From: a virus | Direction: 5' to 3' (one strand) | Virus record (IMG/VR): IMGVR_UViG_3300045988_008368 | Coordinates: 1-24,706 of that record | Length of the DNA stretch: 24,706 bases | In this document: positions 15,046 through 20,880 of the stretch, in pieces | How the letters are laid out: the number at the start of each line of letters is the position of its first letter | Numbering within the stretch: the first letter of the stretch is position 1 | Notes under the pieces: generated by a model | What the model was told of the DNA's origin: nothing | The model's database searches: none | What the model saw: only the letters and a program-made list of their open reading frames with translations | Program-made: the position numbers and the translations under genes

Positions 15046-17412
15046 TTGACTGCATTGGTAAAGGATGATGGTGTTGATATTACATCTAAGTATTCAATTA
15101 TTTGGTACAAAGACGATGTGCAAATATCAACAAATCAAACTATCACAATTAGTGCATCAGACCTATCAGAAAAGGCTGTATATCGATTTAAAGCAATGAG
15201 TGGTGAAATACTTAAAGCAAGTGCAGAAGTCACTGTAATGCGATTGCAAGATGGTCAGAATGGAACAAGTGCATATGTACATATTGCCTATGCCAACAGT
15301 TCAGATGGTCGTGTTGATTTCAGTTTGACAGATTCAAATCGTAAATTTATTGGTCAGTATTCTGATAGTAAGCAATATGGTTCAGAAGACCCAACTAAAT
15401 ACCGATGGAGTGCAATTAAGGGCGAAGATGGTCAGTCATTTGTGAGTGCCGAAGAGCAGTTCTATTATTCGACTTCTCAAACCGAATTAATTGGTGGTGA
15501 GTGGTTTGTTGGTAATGTGGTTTATCAAAGTGATAAATTTCTTTGGAAAAGATGGAAATGTACGTATGCTAATCCTAGTGAAATCAAGTATACGAAAGCT
15601 ATTTTTGACAACACTTGGAATGAAATTGATGCGAAAATCAGTGAGATTCACACTCAAGTGTCTCAAGCAAATGTGCAATCAAAAGAAGCAGTTGAAAAAG
15701 CAACACAAGCTCAGACAGATGCAAGTAAAGCAAATGAATTGGCAAATACCGCTAACACTCAATCAAGCGAGGCTAAGCAACTAGCACAAGATGCGAATAC
15801 TAGCACTGGTAAAGCACAAGAACAGATTGATGCGATTAAAGGAGATATCACTGATTCAAAGCAACAGATTCAAGATGCAGTTGATAAGGCAAACACAAAC
15901 GCAAATGAAATCGGTACAATAAAAGAAACGTACGCTACAAAAGTTGATTTAACTACTGAATCAAAAACAATTCATGCAGATGTTACAACAGAAATTGAAA
16001 AGAAAGTCGGTGAATTATCGACTACTGTATCAGAAACTTATGCTTCTAAGAGTGATTTAACAAGCATTGAAGGTAGTTTAAATACCAAGATTAAACAAAA
16101 TGCCGATTCAATCACAACTCAAGCAAGTTCAATTGAAAAGTTGCAATCAGATACAACTAAAGCTCAGAAAGATATTATTGATGCAACAAAGAAAGCAACG
16201 GATGCTCAAGCTCAAGCGGATAAAGCGTTAGGTAATGCTCAAAGTGCTCAAACTCTAGCAGATGAAGCAAAGAAAAAAGCAGATAGTGCTCAAACTAACT
16301 TAGACAATGCTAATAAAGAATTGGCAGATGCAAAAGCTAATCTAGAATCAGTGACTGGTAGAGTTGATGCGACTGAGAGTGAAATTACAAAAGCTCAAAC
16401 ACGTTTAACAAACGCAGAATCTGCAGTACAGAAAGCTCAGTCTGATGCAACTAAGGCTCAAGGCAACGCAACTACGGCAATCAATAATGCAAAGGCAGCT
16501 CAAGGAGCGGCGGATGATGCAAAGCAGAAAGCAGAACAAGCTCAGAAAGATTTAGCAGATTTAACGAATAAAGTAACTTCAAATACAACGGCAATTGAGC
16601 AGAATGCAAAAGCTATTAAATTACAAGCTACTTCGGTAACTGAAATAAAAGGGGTTGCCAATACTGCAAACAGTAATGCATCAAGCGCATTGAATAAAGC
16701 TAATAGCTTAACTGATAGAGCCGATAAAGGTGAGTTTGATGGACGAGGTGTTGCAAGTACAACTGTTGAATATCAAGCATCTACATCTGGAACTATTGTG
16801 CCTACTGGAACGTGGTCTGCTACGATTCCTACTGTTGCTCAAGGTTCATATTTATGGACTAAGACTACAACTAACTATACAAGCGGAAATCCTACAATTG
16901 GATATTCTGTAGCTCGTATGGGTGTAAACGGTGCTAAGGGTGACAAAGGCGAAATCGGACAAACAGGACCTCAAGGGCCACAAGGAGTTAAGGGCGAGAC
17001 AGGTTCACAGGGTCCTCAAGGACTAAAAGGAGATACTGGTCCTAAAGGTGCTGATGGTAAATCACCAACTGTGTCTGTTAGCAAAAGTGGAAACACTACA
17101 ACTATTACTGTAAATAACCCTGATGGTACAAAAACAAGTCAAACTGTAAAAGATGGAACTAATGGAACTCCTGGTAAAGATGGAGCTACAGGAAAAACTA
17201 CATATTTTCATGTAAAGTATTCAAATGATGGTGGTAAAACATTTACTTCTAATTCAGGAGAGACTGTAGGGGATTATATTGGTACTTATACAGATTTTGT
17301 TGAGGCCGACTCTAATTCTGTTTCAAGTTATACATGGGCCAAAATAAAAGGAGCTCAAGGAGATAGAGGAGCCACTGGTGCCACAGGAGAACGTGGACCG
17401 CAAGGACCTTAG
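15046..17412 (+). CDS. Tail fibre body (continuation of Tal): coiled-coil rod, collagen-like repeats; terminated by an in-frame TAG
   Basis: 788 aa from a TTG with no RBS, and the frame is open back to 14974. It contains a long Ala/Gln/Lys/Thr-rich coiled coil (about 15650..16720), two of the three copies of a fibre module (YY.S.S.T...G.W......KYLW.R; the third copy is in 17416..18159), and Gly-X-Y repeats. The stop TAG 17410..17412 occupies a Y position in a Gly-X-Y repeat. Confidence 0.8.
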   Translation: MTALVKDDGVDITSKYSIIWYKDDVQISTNQTITISASDLSEKAVYRFKAMSGEILKASAEVTVMRLQDGQNGTSAYVHIAYANSSDGRVDFSLTDSNRKFIGQYSDSKQYGSEDPTKYRWSAIKGEDGQSFVSAEEQFYYSTSQTELIGGEWFVGNVVYQSDKFLWKRWKCTYANPSEIKYTKAIFDNTWNEIDAKISEIHTQVSQANVQSKEAVEKATQAQTDASKANELANTANTQSSEAKQLAQDANTSTGKAQEQIDAIKGDITDSKQQIQDAVDKANTNANEIGTIKETYATKVDLTTESKTIHADVTTEIEKKVGELSTTVSETYASKSDLTSIEGSLNTKIKQNADSITTQASSIEKLQSDTTKAQKDIIDATKKATDAQAQADKALGNAQSAQTLADEAKKKADSAQTNLDNANKELADAKANLESVTGRVDATESEITKAQTRLTNAESAVQKAQSDATKAQGNATTAINNAKAAQGAADDAKQKAEQAQKDLADLTNKVTSNTTAIEQNAKAIKLQATSVTEIKGVANTANSNASSALNKANSLTDRADKGEFDGRGVASTTVEYQASTSGTIVPTGTWSATIPTVAQGSYLWTKTTTNYTSGNPTIGYSVARMGVNGAKGDKGEIGQTGPQGPQGVKGETGSQGPQGLKGDTGPKGADGKSPTVSVSKSGNTTTITVNNPDGTKTSQTVKDGTNGTPGKDGATGKTTYFHVKYSNDGGKTFTSNSGETVGDYIGTYTDFVEADSNSVSSYTWAKIKGAQGDRGATGATGERGPQGP
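16921..17064 (+). repeat. Collagen-like Gly-X-Y repeat 1 (16 triplets)
   Basis: GVN GAK GDK GEI GQT GPQ GPQ GVK GET GSQ GPQ GLK GDT GPK GAD GKS, read directly from the sequence. Confidence 0.9.
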
Positions 17413-17475
17413 GGATTGAAAGGTGATAAAGGAGCAACAGGGGCTCAAGGCCCTACTGGTGCGACTGGTACTGGT
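17350..17475 (+). repeat. Collagen-like Gly-X-Y repeat 2 (14 triplets) containing an in-frame TAG
   Basis: GAQ GDR GAT GAT GER GPQ GP* GLK GDK GAT GAQ GPT GAT GTG. The Gly-X-Y register is preserved across TAG 17410..17412. Confidence 0.9.
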
Positions 17476-18159
17476 GTAGCTAGTATGACACAACAGTATT
17501 ACATGAGCGACTCGAAAACTACTCAAACCGGTGGCTCATGGGTTGAATCAATGCCTACGTGGTCAAATGGTAAATATTTATGGACTAGGTATAAAGTGGT
17601 TTATAAGAATCCTGCTTCAACAGTTTATACCACTCCTGTATGTAATAGTTCATGGGAAGCAGTCAATGAAGAACGTACAGAACGACAATCTGCCATTGAG
17701 ACAAAAGCGAATGAAATTACTGCGAAAGTTAGCGAAATTTACGTATCAAATTCGGCTTTGAATCATTATAAAGAAGAAGTATCTACTCAGTTTAGCCAAA
17801 CTAAGAGCGATTTTACGTGGTCAATTAATCGAAGCGTGACCGATGCTAAAAATGAAATGAATGGTCAAATCAGCAGTGTGAATGGTAGATTGGATGGTTT
17901 AAAACAAACCACAGACAACGTAAACAGTTATATGTCTTTTGATAACGATGCATTGACTTTAGGTAAATCAGACAGTGCATTTAAAACTAAAATCACAAAC
18001 CAAGAATGGTCGATTCAAAAGAATGGTGCAAAGGTAACATATATAAACGACCAAACAATGTACATTACAGATGGTCAATTTACGCAGTCTTTAAAAGTAG
18101 GTGCATTTGGTTTTGTACCAAGAGCTAATGGCTCATTGGACTTCAAGAAAGTAGGGTGA
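17416..18159 (+). CDS. C-terminal part of the split tail fibre (downstream of the in-frame TAG)
   Basis: The track start is a TTG one codon after the TAG, with no RBS. The sequence continues the collagen repeat and then a third copy of the fibre module (YYMSDSKTTQTGGSWVESMPTWSNGKYLWTRYKVVY). It ends GAFGFVPRANGSLDFKKVG, typical of fibre C-termini of this class. Confidence 0.75.
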   Translation: MKGDKGATGAQGPTGATGTGVASMTQQYYMSDSKTTQTGGSWVESMPTWSNGKYLWTRYKVVYKNPASTVYTTPVCNSSWEAVNEERTERQSAIETKANEITAKVSEIYVSNSALNHYKEEVSTQFSQTKSDFTWSINRSVTDAKNEMNGQISSVNGRLDGLKQTTDNVNSYMSFDNDALTLGKSDSAFKTKITNQEWSIQKNGAKVTYINDQTMYITDGQFTQSLKVGAFGFVPRANGSLDFKKVG

Positions 18160-18163
18160 TTAA

Positions 18164-20053
18164 ATGGCAGAATTTAGTGGTGGAATACAAATTGGTAGTG
18201 GTCAGTGGGATAAATACTCGTTAATATTACGAATCAATGAAATATCTTATTCTGTTGAAAACAACACATCATATGTAGAGTGGTGGGTTGGTATTCGATC
18301 TAATACGCAGTACCATACACACAATGGAATTCCAGAAACATTTAAAGTATCCGTGAATGGTACTCAAGTGTTAAACCAAAGCTTTACACCTAATGTGCCG
18401 GTAAATACGCTTGTTGGTGTAAAAAGTGGAACTGTAACTATTTCACATGATGCAGATGGTTCAAAAACAATTTCGGCAAGTGCATCTTTCAGCGGAAGTA
18501 ACTCTGGATATTATGCACCTATTACTGGTTCTTGCAGTGGTACTGTTAAATTGACAACTATTCCAAGAGCTTCAAGTATATCTATTGATAGCCCTAGCAT
18601 TGAATGTGGTAAAACTATAAATATTAATGGCTCGAGTGCTTCAAAAAACTTTACACATAAAATCTACGCAACATGGAATGGTAAAACAAGTGAATTAACA
18701 ACGATAAGTGGGACATTAACACCCACTTTTTCTTATACGATTCCTACCGCATGGGAAAAGGACTTACCTAATTCGATAAGCGGAATTGCTACATTTACAT
18801 TAGAAACATTCAGTGGTTCAACTTCGGTTGGCTCAAAATCAGTAAATGCAACAATTAAAGTAAGAAGTGGAGTCGTTCCTAGTGTTGGAACGGTCTCGAT
18901 ATCTGATACAAATTCAATCTGCGTAGGAATAGGTCAACATGTTCAAAGTCAATCAAGATTAAAGTTCTCAATTGCTACAAGTGGTAGTCAAGGCTCAACT
19001 GTTACATCTGTATCAACTAAATTTGAAGGACAAACATATAATGATAGTTCATTTACTACAGGTACTGTACAGGGAAGTGGCAAGTTGTCGTACACAATCA
19101 CAGTTACAGATTCACGTGGTCGAACTTCATCTAAGAGTGGTTCGGTCACTGTATCTGCATACAGTCCCCCAAGCTTAACGAATGTAACTGCAAAACGTGC
19201 TAACTCAAGTTATGCGATTGATGAGGCAAGTGGTACATATGCTTTATTACACTTCAAAGTTGGATTTACTAGTTTAAGCAATAAGAATGTAACATCATTC
19301 TATATTCAATATCGAGCAAGTGGTGCTAGTTCATGGACGAAAATAAATTCGTGGGATAACAACTACACGCTTGAACAAGATTACAAAGCAGGTAATTTAT
19401 TCACATCTGCAACAAGTTCCTATGAGGTTGCGTTCGGCGTTAAGGATAAGTTCATGAGTGATTATTCATGGCAAATATTTACTGTAGCTCCTGCTTACTC
19501 ATTGATAAACTTTGGTAAAGATGGAAGATCATTGACGCTCTTTGGTCAAGACGCTAATCAAAAAGATACATTAACTGTACTAGGTGATATTGTAGCTCCT
19601 ATTTTCTTAAATAAGATATTCCCAGTTGGCGCAGTCTATATCACATACGATAAAAAGAACCCTGGAACATTCCTAGGCGGGACATGGGAACAGTTTGGAC
19701 AAGGTAGAACATTAGTCGGTGAAGGCACTGGAAATGATGGTAGTACAAGTATGTCTTTTACTACTGATTCGAGCGGTGGTGAATATAAGCACAAACTGCT
19801 AGAAACTGAAATGCCGAAACATCATCATAGTGTGAGATTGATGGTTAAAGGATATGCTGGTTGGGAGGAACGAACTATTGACAGTTTTGGAGTAATGATT
19901 GATAGAAGCACAAAAAACTATGTCACTCCAAATGAAAAGGTTAATGCCACAGATGCTTCTGCGTTTGTTTATACTGGTTGGGCAGGAGATAATGTGCATC
20001 ATAATAACGTTCAACCCTACATAACCACGTTCTTTTGGCGAAGAACGCAATGA
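18164..20053 (+). CDS. Receptor-binding tail fibre / baseplate protein: DUF859-like N-terminal region plus C-terminal phage tail-collar domain (currently expressed tip = cassette 0)
   Basis: 629 aa. The N-terminus MAEFSGGIQIGSGQWDKYSLILRINEISYSVENNTSYVEWWV resembles the siphovirus DUF859-type structural proteins. The C-terminus IFPVGAVYITYDKKNPGTFLGGTWEQFGQGRTLVGEG ... GGEYKHKLLETEMPKHHH ... HHNNVQPYITTFFWRR matches the phage tail collar domain pattern (PF07484-like). Confidence 0.8.
   Translation: MAEFSGGIQIGSGQWDKYSLILRINEISYSVENNTSYVEWWVGIRSNTQYHTHNGIPETFKVSVNGTQVLNQSFTPNVPVNTLVGVKSGTVTISHDADGSKTISASASFSGSNSGYYAPITGSCSGTVKLTTIPRASSISIDSPSIECGKTININGSSASKNFTHKIYATWNGKTSELTTISGTLTPTFSYTIPTAWEKDLPNSISGIATFTLETFSGSTSVGSKSVNATIKVRSGVVPSVGTVSISDTNSICVGIGQHVQSQSRLKFSIATSGSQGSTVTSVSTKFEGQTYNDSSFTTGTVQGSGKLSYTITVTDSRGRTSSKSGSVTVSAYSPPSLTNVTAKRANSSYAIDEASGTYALLHFKVGFTSLSNKNVTSFYIQYRASGASSWTKINSWDNNYTLEQDYKAGNLFTSATSSYEVAFGVKDKFMSDYSWQIFTVAPAYSLINFGKDGRSLTLFGQDANQKDTLTVLGDIVAPIFLNKIFPVGAVYITYDKKNPGTFLGGTWEQFGQGRTLVGEGTGNDGSTSMSFTTDSSGGEYKHKLLETEMPKHHHSVRLMVKGYAGWEERTIDSFGVMIDRSTKNYVTPNEKVNATDASAFVYTGWAGDNVHHNNVQPYITTFFWRRTQ
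19749..19785 (+). repeat. Crossover site S0 (core GTATGTCTTTTAC 19749..19761) inside the expressed fibre gene
   Basis: GTATGTCTTTTACTACTGATTCGAGCGGTGGTGAATA. The reverse complement is found exactly at 20842..20878. The ATG of the core is codon 530 (Met) of the fibre. Confidence 0.85.
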
Positions 20054-20302
20054 TTATTTAATTCGTTTCCAAAAGTAAGTTACAATGGATGGCTGTAAAT
20101 TATTATGTGCTTGGTTTCCTCCTGTGTTTGTTGTATTACTCATATAGCCACCATTAAACCATGAGTTATTTGATGCGGATTGAATATTTCCTTTTCCGTC
20201 AATCCAAGCGCAGTCATTAAATTTATGCGCATGATTAGGCATTTCTTGTATTGTTAGTTGGTGCTTGTATTCTCCGTATGTTTTTCCGGATGTAAATGAC
20301 AT
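20054..20302 (-). CDS. Silent alternative fibre-tip cassette A (82 aa, collar-domain C-terminal half)
   Basis: MSFTSGKTYGEYKHQLTIQEMPNHAH ... GGNQAHNNLQPSIVTYFWKRIK is paralogous to the last 100 aa of the fibre. There is no Shine-Dalgarno sequence upstream. Its stop codon abuts the fibre stop codon. Confidence 0.75.
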   Translation of the reverse strand: MSFTSGKTYGEYKHQLTIQEMPNHAHKFNDCAWIDGKGNIQSASNNSWFNGGYMSNTTNTGGNQAHNNLQPSIVTYFWKRIK

Positions 20303-20304
20303 AC
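20292..20304 (-). repeat. Crossover site SA (core GTATGTCATTTAC on minus strand) at the start of cassette A
   Basis: The forward strand reads GTAAATGACATAC. The ATG of cassette A is 20302..20300. Confidence 0.75.
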
Positions 20305-20322
20305 TTTTAATCGGTTATATAG

Positions 20323-20335
20323 GTATGTCATTTAC
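20323..20335 (+). repeat. Crossover site SB (core GTATGTCATTTAC) at the start of cassette B
   Basis: It is head-to-head with SA, separated by 18 nt (20305..20322). The ATG of cassette B is at 20325. Confidence 0.75.
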
Positions 20336-20597
20336 AACCAATTCTGAAGGTGGTGAATACTATCATACGTTATCATATTCTGAAATGCCTGCTCACGCAC
20401 ACGAAGTTGGTATATGGGGTACGTCTGGCGTTTTAACAACTACTCCGTGGGAATTTATGGCCATTAATGGTTCGCATCATTCTGATGGTCAAAGTCACAA
20501 TGTAAATAGTATTCATACAAATGGATCTGGTGGCAATATTCCACACAATAACGTGCAACCATATTTAGTTGTTTTCTTTTGGCGAATGGTAAAATAG
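20325..20597 (+). CDS. Silent alternative fibre-tip cassette B (90 aa)
   Basis: MSFTTNSEGGEYYHTLSYSEMPAHAH ... GGNIPHNNVQPYLVVFFWRMVK. The track ORF (20265..) adds 20 spurious residues by reading antisense through the start of cassette A. There is no RBS. Confidence 0.75.
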   Translation: MSFTTNSEGGEYYHTLSYSEMPAHAHEVGIWGTSGVLTTTPWEFMAINGSHHSDGQSHNVNSIHTNGSGGNIPHNNVQPYLVVFFWRMVK

Positions 20598-20876
20598 CTA
20601 CTTGATACGTCTCCAAAAGTAAGTTACCACGTAAGGTTGTACATTATCGTGTGGTTTGTTTCCGCCTGTTGGCCATGTTTGACCGTACCAATAATAATTA
20701 GTTCTATTAGCACGTTCAGTGGCTCTCGTAAAAGGTACATCACTATATGGATTACCATATAATGCAGTGGTTACATCAGTTTGTTGGTCTAAGATCCAAT
20801 GCGTATGGCTCGGTAGCTCTTCACGTGTAAGTTTATGATAGTATTCACCACCGCTCGAATCAGTAGTAAAAGACAT
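20598..20876 (-). CDS. Silent alternative fibre-tip cassette C (92 aa)
   Basis: MSFTTDSSGGEYYHKLTREELPSHTH ... GGNKPHDNVQPYVVTYFWRRIK. The first 11.7 codons are nucleotide-identical to the expressed tip. Its stop codon abuts the cassette B stop. There is no RBS. Confidence 0.75.
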   Translation of the reverse strand: MSFTTDSSGGEYYHKLTREELPSHTHWILDQQTDVTTALYGNPYSDVPFTRATERANRTNYYWYGQTWPTGGNKPHDNVQPYVVTYFWRRIK

Positions 20877-20878
20877 AC
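20842..20878 (-). repeat. Crossover site SC (core GTATGTCTTTTAC on minus strand, 20866..20878) at the start of cassette C
   Basis: Perfect 37-nt reverse complement of S0. It lies 2 nt from the stop codon of the recombinase gene. Confidence 0.85.
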
Positions 20879-20880
20879 AT

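Larger units (their letters stand above)
19749..20878. other. Putative invertible multi-cassette segment (shufflon-like) encoding four alternative fibre tips
   Basis: It is bounded by a perfect 37-bp inverted repeat (19749..19785 / 20842..20878). It contains cassette 0 (+), A (-), B (+) and C (-), arranged as two tail-to-tail pairs with zero intergenic nt. A tyrosine recombinase gene lies adjacent. Confidence 0.75.

Noticed and set aside
17410-17412. Genome-wide reassignment of TAG (a stop-codon-recoded phage) as the explanation for the in-frame TAG
   Set aside because: TAG is used as a normal terminator for the major capsid (6722..6724), gp10-like (7710..7712), major tail (8674..8676) and chaperone G (9115..9117) genes. 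In each case it comes just before the RBS or start of the next gene. Only a local read-through or a mutation remains plausible.
19799-20050. The minus-strand 83-aa ORF inside cassette 0 as a possible fifth cassette
   Set aside because: It lacks the MSFT start, the GGEY.H / EMP.H.H block and the HNN.QP ending, and it has no core site. It is a shadow ORF of the fibre gene.
20265-20324. N-terminal 20 residues (MYSPYVFPDVNDILLIGYIG) of the track ORF 20265..20597
   Set aside because: This stretch is the antisense of the start of cassette A plus the spacer. Homology to the other cassettes begins exactly at MSFTT (20325).
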